The position numbers and the translations under genes were made by a program. The notes under the pieces are model-generated. The model saw nothing but the letters and a program-made list of their open reading frames with translations. It was not told where the DNA came from and ran no database searches. 64,000 nucleotides of DNA from assembly GCA_963798845.1 (NCBI GenBank), contig CAWCUS010000004.1, positions 352,001-416,000 of the forward strand, read 5' to 3'. Source of the stretch: an uncultured Gemmatimonadales bacterium (GTDB taxonomy: Bacteria; Gemmatimonadota; Gemmatimonadetes; Longimicrobiales; RSA9). Shown one piece after another: positions 18,671 through 28,920 of the stretch (positions are counted from its first letter, which is position 1; every line of letters starts with the position of its first letter).

Positions 18671-20035
18671 TTGATCTCCATCATCGTGCGAACGAAGAAC
18701 GAGGAGCGCTGGATCGGCTCGTGCCTCGAGGCGATCGGTCGCCAGACCCGCACCGATTTCGAGGTCGTGCTGGTCGACAACGAAAGCAGCGACAGGACGG
18801 TCGCGAAAGCGCTCCAATATGGCGTGAGATTGGTGTCGATCCCGGAATTCAAGCCAGGCGCTGCGATCAATCGGGGAATCGAGGCGGCCGACGGCGACGT
18901 CATTGTGTGTCTATCGGGACACTGCATCCCGGTCGACGAGCACTGGCTGGCGAACCTGGTCGCCGGTCTCGACGACGAAACCGTTGGCGGTGTCTACGGA
19001 AGGCAGGAGCCCCTGGCCTTCACACCGGATCTCGACAAGCGCGACCTCCTGATCACGTTCGGGCTCGACCCGCGGGTCCAGGTAAAAGACAGCTTCTTCC
19101 ACAACGCGAACAGCGCCTTCCGCAAGTCGACCTGGGAAAGGTTCCCCTTCGACGAGGAAGTGTCCAACATCGAAGACCGCATCTGGGCGAGTCAGGTCCA
19201 GGGCGCGGGGATGAAGATCCTCTACGAGCCCGACGCGAGCGTCTATCATCACCACGGGATCCACCACAGCGGTGATCGTGTGCGCTGCGGCAATATCATC
19301 CGGATCCTGGACACGACGGGTCAGGAAGGGGTTCGCACCGCCGACAACAAGATCGATGCGCGGACTCTCAACACGGTGCTGGTGATCGCCGTGCGCGAGG
19401 AGGGGCTGAGACGACTCGGAGACAGGCCGCTCTACGAATACGCCATCGAACACGCCAGGTGCTCCGAGCTCGTGCGCACGATCGTGGTCTCGACCGACAG
19501 CCCGAGCGTGGCAGCCGAAGCCTCCGCGGCCGGGGCGGATCTGGTGCTGACGCGAGAGGAGGAGGAATCGCGCTTCGACGTCATTCTCGAGCTGATGATG
19601 CAGTCCTCGCTGCACAAGCTGGAGGACCGGGGCATCATTCCCGACATTCTCGTGATGCTCGAGACGACGTTCCCGTTTCGGGACCCCACGCTCATCGACA
19701 AGCTTATCTACCAGTATGTCGAGGGCGGCTTCGACACGGTGATTCCGGCGCGGATCGAGTTCAACTCCTGCTGGATGGAGGAGGAGGGCGCCTACCGCCG
19801 CGTCGACGAAGGGTACGTCGCGAGGCAATTCAAGAAACCCTTCTATACGGGTCTCAAGGGCCTCTGTTGCGTGTGCTCTCCGGCCACCGTCCGGCAGGGC
19901 CAGCTGTTTGGCGAGAACGTCGGGCTCTACAAGCTGACCGACGCGGTCCATTCGATCGAGGTCCGGTCCGATGACGACGTCGCCCTGGCCGAGACGGTCA
20001 TGGCGAGCCCCCTGTTCGCGACTCGCGTCGGGTAG
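18671..20035 (+). CDS. GT2 glycosyltransferase fused to an acylneuraminate cytidylyltransferase-like domain
   Basis: ISIIVRTKNEE..VDNESSDRT GT2 fold; C-terminal LGDRPL..AIEHA..IVVSTDS..ETTFPFR..IEVRSDDD resembles NeuA/KdsB; TTG start. Confidence 0.85.
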   Translation: MISIIVRTKNEERWIGSCLEAIGRQTRTDFEVVLVDNESSDRTVAKALQYGVRLVSIPEFKPGAAINRGIEAADGDVIVCLSGHCIPVDEHWLANLVAGLDDETVGGVYGRQEPLAFTPDLDKRDLLITFGLDPRVQVKDSFFHNANSAFRKSTWERFPFDEEVSNIEDRIWASQVQGAGMKILYEPDASVYHHHGIHHSGDRVRCGNIIRILDTTGQEGVRTADNKIDARTLNTVLVIAVREEGLRRLGDRPLYEYAIEHARCSELVRTIVVSTDSPSVAAEASAAGADLVLTREEEESRFDVILELMMQSSLHKLEDRGIIPDILVMLETTFPFRDPTLIDKLIYQYVEGGFDTVIPARIEFNSCWMEEEGAYRRVDEGYVARQFKKPFYTGLKGLCCVCSPATVRQGQLFGENVGLYKLTDAVHSIEVRSDDDVALAETVMASPLFATRVG

Positions 20036-20049
20036 GGAGCGGCCTCGGG

Positions 20050-21027
20050 ATGCATCGTCTCGGCATCGTCGGTCTCGGTCACGTGGCGGCGCACCAGGTC
20101 GCCGCGCTCGCCCACGGCGAGGCACTCGAGCTGGTGGCGGTATGTGACCCTGACGGAGAGCGCCTGGCCGTGCTCGGTGAGGATCGGAAGACGTACACCG
20201 ACATCGCCGACATGTTGTCGGAGTCGGACCTCGACGTCGTCATGGTGGCCACACCCAATCATCTGCACGTGCAGCACGGCATCCAGGTGCTGGAGGCGGG
20301 CAAGTGGCTCGTAATGGAAAAGCCCCTGGCCGAGACGCAGGCCGGTTTCGACGCCGTCGCACGGGCCCGGGAGCGGTGTGGAGGACACTGCACCATCGCG
20401 TTGCACGCCGCGTTCGGGCAGGAGGTCGAGTGGTTCTGCCGATCCGGGACGAGGCAGGAGCTCGGGGCCGCTGAAATCGACTCGTTCACGGGCCAGTTCT
20501 ACGATCCCTACTTCGAGAACGGACGTTTGCAGGCCCGGGCCCTCTCCCTGGGTGGGGCGTGGATGGACAGTGGGATCAACGCGCTCAGCGTCATCGCGCG
20601 CATGCTCCCGCTCGAGCGCCTGGTGGTGCGCGACAGCCGCATGACGCGCGTCGCCAACGTGGACTGCACCGAAGTGCAGGGCACCGTGGACTTCGAGGTC
20701 CGCAACGGAGACTTCGTGGGGTCGGGGCGCATCGACACCAACTGGACGCTCGGGCGCGACATGAAGGTCACGACGGTTCGCCCGCGCGGGTCCGACAGGA
20801 GGATCATCCTCGACCACTCCGCCCAGCAGGTTCGAGTCCGGTCGCCTGAAGGCGAGGAGGTCGTCTTCGCGTGCGGCAACGGACTGCCTCGACTCACCAA
20901 CCACTACATCGGCGTCTTCGGCAATGTGGCACGGCAGCTCGAAGTGGGCCAGGACAATTTCGAACTCGCCAGGGCGTTGCACGGCCTGCTGTACGAGGCC
21001 GAGGGTCGCCAGGCGCCCACGTTCTGA
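20050..21027 (+). CDS. Gfo/Idh/MocA family oxidoreductase
   Basis: GIVGLG, VATPNHLH, EKP, GGAWMDSGIN. Confidence 0.88.
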   Translation: MHRLGIVGLGHVAAHQVAALAHGEALELVAVCDPDGERLAVLGEDRKTYTDIADMLSESDLDVVMVATPNHLHVQHGIQVLEAGKWLVMEKPLAETQAGFDAVARARERCGGHCTIALHAAFGQEVEWFCRSGTRQELGAAEIDSFTGQFYDPYFENGRLQARALSLGGAWMDSGINALSVIARMLPLERLVVRDSRMTRVANVDCTEVQGTVDFEVRNGDFVGSGRIDTNWTLGRDMKVTTVRPRGSDRRIILDHSAQQVRVRSPEGEEVVFACGNGLPRLTNHYIGVFGNVARQLEVGQDNFELARALHGLLYEAEGRQAPTF

Positions 21028-21036
21028 AGCTCGATC

Positions 21037-22221
21037 CTAGCCCTTCCCGAGCAGCCGCCCGAGAACGCGCTTCACGAACCGGGAAGCGACCACGAGACCG
21101 GGCAGGGGATCGTACCAGCGGAACCACTGGCCGCTCCTTGGCCGGAAGAGCAGCGCAACCTCCGTCGCCAGGATGCGCAGGAGCGGTACGCCGTCTTTGC
21201 GCATGGACCGGATGTCCGTGTACGCATTGTGGAAGTACAGTCCTTCGCGCTGGCTGCTTCCCGAACGCGAAGCCGGCTCGCCGGCCGCGATCCGGTAGGT
21301 GTTCCACACTGTGGGAAGACCGCACGCTTCGTCGAAACCCACCTCGCCGCCGATCCGGGGGTTCAGCTCGATGTACTTGAACATCCCGTCGCGCTCGTCC
21401 CATCGGTACTCGATGCCGACATGGCCCACGTAGTTCAGGGCTTTCCCGAGGTCGGCCGCGAGCGTGAGGATGTCCTGGTTGACGCGGCTGATCGAGAAGG
21501 TGCTGGTCCCGAAGTGAGGCGGCATGGTCCGCAGCTTCTGGCGCACCAGGCAGTCGAGCAGCTCCGAGTTTTCGTCGAACGTGCCGGAGCACACCCACGA
21601 GTTGTCGTCGCGCCCGGGGATGATCTCCTGGGCGAGCAGGACTGGGAGGGCGTGGCCCCAGTCGTCGTAGAATCGCTGCAGCTCGTCCGCATCCTTCGCC
21701 GTCTGGACCTTCTCGGGGAAAACGGACCGCACGGCGAATGAATGGGGCTTGAAGATGATGGGGAACCGGAGCTGTCGAGAGAGCTCCTCCGGATGGGACG
21801 GCAGCTCGCGAATCGTCTTCGGGATGGCGAATCCGAGTGATTCGATGAGCGCGGTCTCCTTTCGCTTGTCGTTGAGCGCGTCCACCATCTCTCGCGGAGG
21901 CAACCTGAAGCGGAACCGCTTCCCGAGCTCCTCCTCGTTGGTGGACACCAGGGACACGAGCAGGTCGGAGGTGAAGAGCAGCACCGTCCCCTCGCCAGGA
22001 AGGCTCCGCAGGAGATTCAGGATCTCCCGCTCCTTCACGGCGACCTCATCCGCGTCACCGGGCACGACGTACTTCCTGACCGGATAACGCGAGTGCAGCA
22101 CGGGGTCGGTCTCGTCGAAGGCGATGGCGGTGACGCGGACCCCGCGGCGCGCGAGGGACCGGACCGTGCCGAGCCCACCGGGGCCGTGCGACACGACGAG
22201 CGCTGGCGGTAACGTGGCCAA
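21037..22221 (-). CDS. ATP-grasp carboxylate-amine ligase (D-aspartate ligase-like)
   Basis: VRSLARRG, FPIIFKP, QEIIPG, EYRWDERDG.FKYIELNPR. Confidence 0.85.
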   Translation of the reverse strand: MATLPPALVVSHGPGGLGTVRSLARRGVRVTAIAFDETDPVLHSRYPVRKYVVPGDADEVAVKEREILNLLRSLPGEGTVLLFTSDLLVSLVSTNEEELGKRFRFRLPPREMVDALNDKRKETALIESLGFAIPKTIRELPSHPEELSRQLRFPIIFKPHSFAVRSVFPEKVQTAKDADELQRFYDDWGHALPVLLAQEIIPGRDDNSWVCSGTFDENSELLDCLVRQKLRTMPPHFGTSTFSISRVNQDILTLAADLGKALNYVGHVGIEYRWDERDGMFKYIELNPRIGGEVGFDEACGLPTVWNTYRIAAGEPASRSGSSQREGLYFHNAYTDIRSMRKDGVPLLRILATEVALLFRPRSGQWFRWYDPLPGLVVASRFVKRVLGRLLGKG

Positions 22222-22359
22222 GTGGATTCGTGTTGGACGGGTGACGAGAACAGGAACTCCAAACCCCGCCTCGGGCGGTCGGAAGGATGGGTGAGAGTGG
22301 TTCAGCGGGTCAAGTAGTAGTGAACGGGGGGGCGAGCACCACCCGTCTGGCCGGACGGA

Positions 22360-23388
22360 TCAGCGGCTGAGGCGCTCGAGTCTCTCGTATGGCTCCGAAG
22401 CCCACTTCGAGACCAGGTCTCGTTGCCGTGCGGAGAGCTCGGGCACCGGACGCTCCTTGAACGCGGCCTTTGGCCGCTTGGCATCCTTCGTCGTCAGAGC
22501 GAAGACCCGCTCGAAACCTTCGTCACCAAGATCGAGCCCGAAGAACTCGAGCACTCTTCGCAAGTATTCGGGCCGGGTCAGGTTCCGATAGTTGAGGAGC
22601 TTCAAGCCACGTGCGCTGTGGCTCGCGGCGATCTCGTAGTGAGTTCCGATCACGCGTGCCGCATACTCGTCCACCGACATCCGATCGATCGAGGCGGCGT
22701 CAATTCTCACGAACCCCGCCGCCAGCTGCGGAGCCCGCTTCATCTCCAGCCATGCACAACCGCCTCCGTGGATCACCTTTTGAAAGACCTCACACGGGTC
22801 ACGATAGAGATACAGCATGGGCACGTCGGGAAAGGAAGCCTCGAAGACGTCGAGCTTGCCCGCGTGTGGGCTCGGGAACTTCACGAAGAAATGCTTCTCG
22901 TTCCCGGTATAGGCACGCCCCAGAGCCTTGACACCACCGTGGAGGCGCCGGCGCATCACTTCGACCGACTCGCCGGACAGGGCAGCCGTGAACACCGGCG
23001 GTTCCCCGAGAGCCAGGCTGCCCGGTACCGCGCCGAGGACGTGCCGCAGAAGAGTCGATCCACATCGAGATATGTGGAACACGAACCCCGACGGCGGAAT
23101 CCCGTGCGTAACCTGATCGACCGCCTCCAGGGCTTCCATTCGGGTGATTCGAACGTTCGCATTCGAGCTGGCGATACGGCGCCCGAAGTCTCCCCTGGCG
23201 AAAGGCTTCGTGAACTGCTCCCCTTGCATGTCGACCCAGACGAGGCGCCCCCACAGCAGGCGGTACGGAGCCCACATGCGACCCCCATCGTCCAGCGGCG
23301 GCGGTCTGTTCGACGAAAATGTGAGCTCGGCCCAGCCGTGGCGCGCGACAGCCCGTCGCAGGTTCCAGCTCAGCTTCCAGTTCGGCAT
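22360..23388 (-). CDS. sulfotransferase-like P-loop protein
   Basis: FVFHISRCGSTLL (5'-PSB-like loop), LYRDP; GGAGGAAGGAG RBS before ATG at 23388. Confidence 0.72.
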   Translation of the reverse strand: MPNWKLSWNLRRAVARHGWAELTFSSNRPPPLDDGGRMWAPYRLLWGRLVWVDMQGEQFTKPFARGDFGRRIASSNANVRITRMEALEAVDQVTHGIPPSGFVFHISRCGSTLLRHVLGAVPGSLALGEPPVFTAALSGESVEVMRRRLHGGVKALGRAYTGNEKHFFVKFPSPHAGKLDVFEASFPDVPMLYLYRDPCEVFQKVIHGGGCAWLEMKRAPQLAAGFVRIDAASIDRMSVDEYAARVIGTHYEIAASHSARGLKLLNYRNLTRPEYLRRVLEFFGLDLGDEGFERVFALTTKDAKRPKAAFKERPVPELSARQRDLVSKWASEPYERLERLSR

Positions 23389-23749
23389 GGCCGTTCTCCT
23401 TCCTCCTGCGGCTGACCGACCGACATTATTGGATCTTGCCTCTCCGCTGGTGTCAGTGAGACCCTCTATACTACGGCCGCCGTGGCGATTCGCTGAAGTG
23501 TGGTCGGATACTCGCGGCCCGCCCGGTGCCAACTGCTGCCGCCGGCGGACGGGATCAGAGTTCGCCGCGGTCCCGCGAGAACTGTGCCCGGCCACCTCAG
23601 GATCGTCCGCCTTTCCTCTTGTCCATCTGAAGGAGGAGGCCGACTCCTGTCCAGATCCCGGCGCGAACTGGATCGGCCCGTTGGGGCGCCTGCGGCGTGA
23701 CCGCAGGTCGACTCCCGCCTGAGACGGTAGAGGTGGCGTGTTCGCGCGG

Positions 23750-25246
23750 TCAGGCGGGCACGGGTGGGCCTGCCGCCTCGTCGGCCGCTGGGGTTCCGAC
23801 CCTGGCCGTACGTGGCGTGGCGACGGTCACGATGGTCGTCACGAGGACGTTCACTGCCAGGGCGACGAACCCGACGTTCAGATCCTTCACCAGCTGGGGC
23901 GCGGTGGGCAGGAGGCTGGCAACGGAGGCGCCGGTGAGCGACAGGTAGGCGACGACCACCTCGCCTGCCACGATCCCGGCGAACGCCCCCGCCGTGCTCG
24001 CCCGCGGGCGCCGGCCGAGGCTGAGCACGAGGGCGGGGAAGAGCTGGGTGACGAAGTTGTAGCCCATGAGCAGGAGGGCGACGATGGCTTCGCCACCGCG
24101 GAGGGCCAGAAGCGCGCTGACGAGCGCCACGAGCGGCACGAGCCCGCGGGCGAGGAGCACGACGGTGCGCTCGGACGTGGCGGGGGCGATGCCGCGGTAG
24201 ACGTTCTGAGCCAGAATGGTAGCGGCCGTGATGAGGATCATGGAGCCGGGCACGAGCGCAGTGAGCAGCCCCGCGCCGCCGATCACGCCCACCACCCATG
24301 GGTCGAAGGTGATGCTGGAGATGCGCAGAAGCGAGAGGTCGGCGTCGGCGCCCTCGAGCCCCGGGACCACCAGGATGGCGGCGAAGCCCACGAAGAAGAC
24401 GAACAGGATCACCAGCTGGTAGAGCGGGAGGAGCACCGCGTTCCTCCGGAACACGTTCTCGTCCCGCGCGGTGTAGACGCCGGCGAAGAACTGCGGCCAC
24501 ATGTAGAAGCCGAGCGACGTCAGGATGACGGTGGAGATGAACCAGGCGGGGCTCATCCCGCTGGGCGCGAGGGTGAGGAAATCGGGGCTGGCGTGTTCCA
24601 CGGCCCTGAACATCTCCGCGTAGCCGCCATAGTAATGCCACGGAAGGTACACGCCGAGGGCCACCGCGACCGCGAGGATCAGGACGTCCTTCAGCGCTGC
24701 GGTCCACGCGGAGCCCCGCACGCCGGAGACCACGACGTAGGCCACGAGCGCGGCGCTCCCGGTCCACACGGCAGTGGTGGGGGAGATGCGCCCGTAGGAG
24801 GCCTCGGACACGATGATCCCGAGCCCTTTCAGCTGAAGCACCAGGTAGGGCACCAGCGCGGCCACGCTCACCACCGCCACCAGCACGCCGAGAGAGCGGC
24901 TGTCGTACTTGGCGACGAAGAAGTCGGCCTGCGACACCAGGCGCCGCTCGCGTGCGTACCGCCACACCGCCGGCAGCAGGAAGTAGGAGAACGTGTAGGC
25001 CACGGCGCCGTAACACAGGATGTAGAAGGCGGGCGCTCCTTTCCCGTACGCCCAGCCGCTGCCGCCGAGGAAGGTGAAGGTCGTGTAGATCTCGCCGGCC
25101 AGGAGCAGGAAGACGAAGAGGGTGCCGAAGCCGCGGCCGCCGACGCTCCACTCCTCCAGGTTCATCTCGTGACCCCGGCGCGCGAGGAGCCCGAGGGCCA
25201 CCGCCACGACGAAGACGAGCGCGAGCACCAGCAGCGCACCGGTCAC
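23750..25246 (-). CDS. sodium:solute symporter (YhjB-like)
   Basis: WSVGGRGFG, GEIYTTFTFLG, many TM helices. Confidence 0.92.
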   Translation of the reverse strand: MTGALLVLALVFVVAVALGLLARRGHEMNLEEWSVGGRGFGTLFVFLLLAGEIYTTFTFLGGSGWAYGKGAPAFYILCYGAVAYTFSYFLLPAVWRYARERRLVSQADFFVAKYDSRSLGVLVAVVSVAALVPYLVLQLKGLGIIVSEASYGRISPTTAVWTGSAALVAYVVVSGVRGSAWTAALKDVLILAVAVALGVYLPWHYYGGYAEMFRAVEHASPDFLTLAPSGMSPAWFISTVILTSLGFYMWPQFFAGVYTARDENVFRRNAVLLPLYQLVILFVFFVGFAAILVVPGLEGADADLSLLRISSITFDPWVVGVIGGAGLLTALVPGSMILITAATILAQNVYRGIAPATSERTVVLLARGLVPLVALVSALLALRGGEAIVALLLMGYNFVTQLFPALVLSLGRRPRASTAGAFAGIVAGEVVVAYLSLTGASVASLLPTAPQLVKDLNVGFVALAVNVLVTTIVTVATPRTARVGTPAADEAAGPPVPA

Positions 25247-25479
25247 GGGAGCGGCTCCCCGCGCGCGGCGCGGCGCCGGTCGAGCCAGTAGATCAAGGCG
25301 AGCACCGCCGAGGTGCCCACGACCCAGGCGAGTATCCAGAAGAGCAGGAAAGGAAGTCCGAGCACGTAGGGCTCGGTTCGGTTGGCGAAGGGAATCCCGC
25401 CCAGCATGGCCACCGGGGGGACCAAAGCCAGGGCATGGTAGGCGCGGAGTCCCCGGATCCCGCGGCCCGGGTCAACCAT
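25243..25479 (-). CDS. DUF3311 small membrane protein (SSS accessory subunit)
   Basis: PFANRTEPYVLGLPFLLFW motif; overlaps the symporter start. Confidence 0.85.
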   Translation of the reverse strand: MVDPGRGIRGLRAYHALALVPPVAMLGGIPFANRTEPYVLGLPFLLFWILAWVVGTSAVLALIYWLDRRRAARGEPLP

Positions 25480-26662
25480 CGTCGTTTCCACGCAGGAATT
25501 CGAGCGCGGCGGCCACGAACACGCGCGTGCCGTGGTCGAGGGCCCGCTCGTCCACGTCGAAGCGCTCGTGGTGGTGCGGGTGCACGATCCCGCGCTCCTC
25601 GTTGCGCGCGCCGATGAAGAAGAACGCCCCTGCGGCGGCCTGCTGGTATGCGGAGAAGTCCTCGCCGCCCATGACGGGTGTGGCTTCCACCAGCACGTCC
25701 TCGCCCAGGGCCGCGACCACGGCGCGGCGCAGGAGGTCGCTGGCGTCGTCGTCGTTGATCACCGGCCGGTAGCCCATCTCGTAGGCGATCTGGAAGCCAG
25801 CTCCGTGCGCGGCCGTGACGCCGTCGATCACACGGCGCATCAGCTCCGGCATCCGTTCGCGCAGCTCCGCGTCGAACGTCCGCACCGTCCCTTCCATCAC
25901 CACTTCGCCGGGTATGACGTTGTTCGTGGTGCCGCCCGCGATGCGTGTCACGGAGAGCACCGCCGGCTCGAGGGGGTCCACGTTGCGCGCCACGACGTGC
26001 TGCAGGTTGGTCACGACCTGCGCCGCCACCGCGATGGCGTCGACCGTCTCGTGCGGCAATGCCGCGTGTCCGCCACTCCCGCGAATGGTGACGACGAAAG
26101 TGTCGGGCGCGGCCATGAATGGCCCCGCCTTCACCCCGATCTTCCCGAACCCGAGCGGGAGCCACAGGTGGGCGCCGATCACCAGATCCACTCCCTCCAT
26201 GACGCCGGCGTCCACCATCTCCTGGGCGCCGCCGGGGAACAGCTCCTCGGCGTGCTGGAAGAGAAATCGGACCTCGCCGGCGAGCTCCCCCCGGCGCGAC
26301 ACCAGCACCTTGACGGCGCCCAGGAGCATGGCGGTGTGGCCGTCGTGCCCGCATGCGTGCATGACCCCTGGATTCGTGGAGACGAAGTCATGGGTGTTGC
26401 GCTCGTGGATCGGCAGCGCGTCCATGTCCGCGCGGATGGCGAGCACGGGGCCGGGCCTCGCTCCTTGCAGCCGCGCCATCACGCTGGTGGGCGTGGGGCG
26501 GGAGATCTCCAGCGCCCCGAATCCCGCCAGGGTCTCGGCCACGAACGCCGCTGTGCGCTCCTCGTGGAACGACAGCTCGGGATGGCGGTGGAGGTGACGG
26601 CGCCACTCGATCACCGTGTCGCGCACCGAATCCGGGGTCTCTACGGGCTGAAGCGTGGCCAT
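25472..26662 (-). CDS. M20D family amidohydrolase
   Basis: RRHLHRHPELSF.E, RADMDALP, MHACGHDGH, QHAEE, GGHA, GGEDFS. Confidence 0.93.
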   Translation of the reverse strand: MATLQPVETPDSVRDTVIEWRRHLHRHPELSFHEERTAAFVAETLAGFGALEISRPTPTSVMARLQGARPGPVLAIRADMDALPIHERNTHDFVSTNPGVMHACGHDGHTAMLLGAVKVLVSRRGELAGEVRFLFQHAEELFPGGAQEMVDAGVMEGVDLVIGAHLWLPLGFGKIGVKAGPFMAAPDTFVVTIRGSGGHAALPHETVDAIAVAAQVVTNLQHVVARNVDPLEPAVLSVTRIAGGTTNNVIPGEVVMEGTVRTFDAELRERMPELMRRVIDGVTAAHGAGFQIAYEMGYRPVINDDDASDLLRRAVVAALGEDVLVEATPVMGGEDFSAYQQAAAGAFFFIGARNEERGIVHPHHHERFDVDERALDHGTRVFVAAALEFLRGNDDG

Positions 26663-26700
26663 GGGATGCGGGGGTGCGGGGTGTGGATGTGGGCAGCGGG

Positions 26701-26730
26701 AGAATGACGCCGCCGGCTCGGGCGAGTCAA
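26701..26730 (-). promoter_or_regulatory. candidate sigma70 promoter of the amidohydrolase operon
   Basis: TTGACT-N18-CATTCT on the minus strand, about 40 nt before ATG. Confidence 0.5.
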
Positions 26731-26968
26731 GGAGCGGCGGACGCCAGGGGGAGGCAGGTGTGGTTACCCCGCGTCGACCGTTCGGAGGGAGGGGCCTGCC
26801 GCCGCCGAGACCATCCTTGCGGAACCGGCACGCGATCCTCATCCATAGAGGTGTCGGACCAGTCCGGTCGGGGTGCGCACGCGTTCGCGGCTCTCCCCGA
26901 TCATTTGCGTTCAGGGCGCGACGAAACCGTCGCCGCGTCAGGTGCCCGCTCCTCTTTCCCTGCCCCTC

Positions 26969-28009
26969 ATGGCGGATGCCAACCGGCCGAGCGCAGCCCG
27001 ACCCGCCGCAGGCGCTTCCCTGGTGTCCGCGCTCCTGCTCGTCCTGCTGGTGGCCGCGCTGAATCTCTGGTTGAACCGTCACTTCGGCATCGGACTCGAC
27101 AGTCCGGGGGAGCTCGTGCCGGCGCTGGGCGCCATCGGTCTCGCCTGGGGGCTCGTGGGCCGGCTCGTCGGAAAGGACGATCTCGACGAGGTGAGCCAGA
27201 GGACGCGGACCACGGTACGCCGGTTTCTCCTGAGCCCCGCCATGATCGTCGTTCTCTGGGCGGCGTTCGCGGTCGCCGTCCTGCTCTGGTCATCGGTCAC
27301 GGTCGTGGCCGAATCCGGCGCGGAAGGGCTCACCGTGTCGTTGAGCCCGCTGAACTCGGGCTCAGCGGCCGAACCCGTTGGCGCCGGGGTCGCCGGCGAC
27401 GATTCCGGGGCAGCCGCGACCGGCCGCGAGGTCCGCAGGAAATCGGGAAAGGGAGTGGTCCGATTCGGCGTGACGACCAGTGCACTCGCCGGCCCCTATC
27501 TCGTACGGGCGGATGGGTATCAGGGTGCCATAGCGGAGGCATCGCCGCTTCTGGGTGCCCGCGTCGTGCTGGGAACCGACGTCGCACGCGCGCCGGCGCT
27601 GCTGATTCGGCCCGACGAGGCCTTGCTGGAGCGGCTTCGGGCGGGAGGCCGACTGGAGGTGTATCGCCGCCGTGGCGGCCATGTCGATTCCCTCGCCCTC
27701 GTCGTTGGGCCCACAGCCGGCAGCTTCCTGGTCGGGCGCAGGCACATTCCCCTGAGCGGGCGTGCCGCCGAGTGGGAGCGCGAGCTTCTCGCCGCAGGCG
27801 TCACGGACAGTCAGCTGCGCAACCGCCACATCATCGATTGGCGCCGTCCGCTCGCGCTCGACGCCTCCGGTCAGCTGGCGGCCGGGGATACCGTGATCGT
27901 TCGGGTGGTGGCTCTCTCGACGAGCGTTTCGGGCAGCGAGGAGATCGTGCTGGGCGGCGAGGAGGTCTCCGACCTGTTTCTCCGCCGGATCCCGGAGGAT
28001 GCTCCATGA
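26969..28009 (+). CDS. hypothetical membrane protein (about 3 N-terminal TM helices plus a soluble domain)
   Basis: Hydrophobic N-terminus; ATGA overlap with next gene; start codon uncertain. Confidence 0.7.
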   Translation: MADANRPSAARPAAGASLVSALLLVLLVAALNLWLNRHFGIGLDSPGELVPALGAIGLAWGLVGRLVGKDDLDEVSQRTRTTVRRFLLSPAMIVVLWAAFAVAVLLWSSVTVVAESGAEGLTVSLSPLNSGSAAEPVGAGVAGDDSGAAATGREVRRKSGKGVVRFGVTTSALAGPYLVRADGYQGAIAEASPLLGARVVLGTDVARAPALLIRPDEALLERLRAGGRLEVYRRRGGHVDSLALVVGPTAGSFLVGRRHIPLSGRAAEWERELLAAGVTDSQLRNRHIIDWRRPLALDASGQLAAGDTVIVRVVALSTSVSGSEEIVLGGEEVSDLFLRRIPEDAP

Positions 28010-28920
28010 ACTGCACAGTCCTCGCGCTTGCCGTGGCGCTTCTCATCCCGCTGGCAGCCGAAGCGCAGAAGCCGCGCGTGCAGGTCGAGTTCGACGTCGC
28101 CGAGTCGGACTACGTAGACCTCTTCACGCCCGCCGGCCTCGACTCTCTGAGACGGGACGCCGCCCGCCTGATCGCGGACACGCTCGAGGCGCGCCTGCCC
28201 GTGCTGGAGGTCACGACGGCGCCGCCCGCCGACTACCGGCTGGTCGTCACGGTCGACCGCCAGGACAGTGCCGGCGTGAGCCCGCTCCAGCTCGACCGTG
28301 GCCTGTACGTGCAGCTCGTGGGGCCGGACAGTTCGACGACGCGCTCGTGGTGGACGCTGTTCCGCCCGGGCGGCGGCACGGGTACAGGCCTGGTGGTGGC
28401 AGGCGTGCCCGTCCGCCGGACCTTCCTCGAGCAGCTCCGGATCTCGCTGATCAAGGCCGACTTCGACGACCTCGTCGAACGCCACCTTTCCCGCGTTCCC
28501 ATCGCCCGGAGCGCACGACGGCTCGACGCCCCGGCGCCGCTCGGTTTCGGCTGGGTGGCGCCGGTCGTGCGCGATTCCCTCTGCCTCGCCCGGGGCAATC
28601 CCGTGCGCGTGCTCGTCCTCGTGCCCAACCCGCTGGACACGGTGCCCGATCGCCGGCTTTACCTCGCCACGTTGAGAAGCGACTTCGACGCGACCCGCCT
28701 CTTCGGGGATCCGCCTCCGCAGGAATGGAGGGCCCTGACGGGAGGCGTGTTCGCAAAGCCGGAGCCGTCCGACCAGCCGGATCTCGGATTCGTGCAGAGC
28801 GACACGTCCGTGGTGGTGACCGGGATCTTCCTGCTGCAGTACGACCCGGCGGGGCGGGATCTGTGCAGGCGGGTACCGACGCCGACCGAGGCGGAAGCGC
28901 GTCCGGGAGGCGGATCGTGA
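28006..28920 (+). CDS. hypothetical exported protein
   Basis: GGAGG RBS; signal peptide MNCTVLALAVALLIPLAAEA-Q. Confidence 0.75.
   Translation: MNCTVLALAVALLIPLAAEAQKPRVQVEFDVAESDYVDLFTPAGLDSLRRDAARLIADTLEARLPVLEVTTAPPADYRLVVTVDRQDSAGVSPLQLDRGLYVQLVGPDSSTTRSWWTLFRPGGGTGTGLVVAGVPVRRTFLEQLRISLIKADFDDLVERHLSRVPIARSARRLDAPAPLGFGWVAPVVRDSLCLARGNPVRVLVLVPNPLDTVPDRRLYLATLRSDFDATRLFGDPPPQEWRALTGGVFAKPEPSDQPDLGFVQSDTSVVVTGIFLLQYDPAGRDLCRRVPTPTEAEARPGGGS

Noticed and set aside
21037..22221. ATP-grasp enzyme as a graspetide RiPP ligase
   Set aside because: It resembles the D-aspartate-ligase-like type found in glycan loci, and no graspetide-like precursor was seen nearby.
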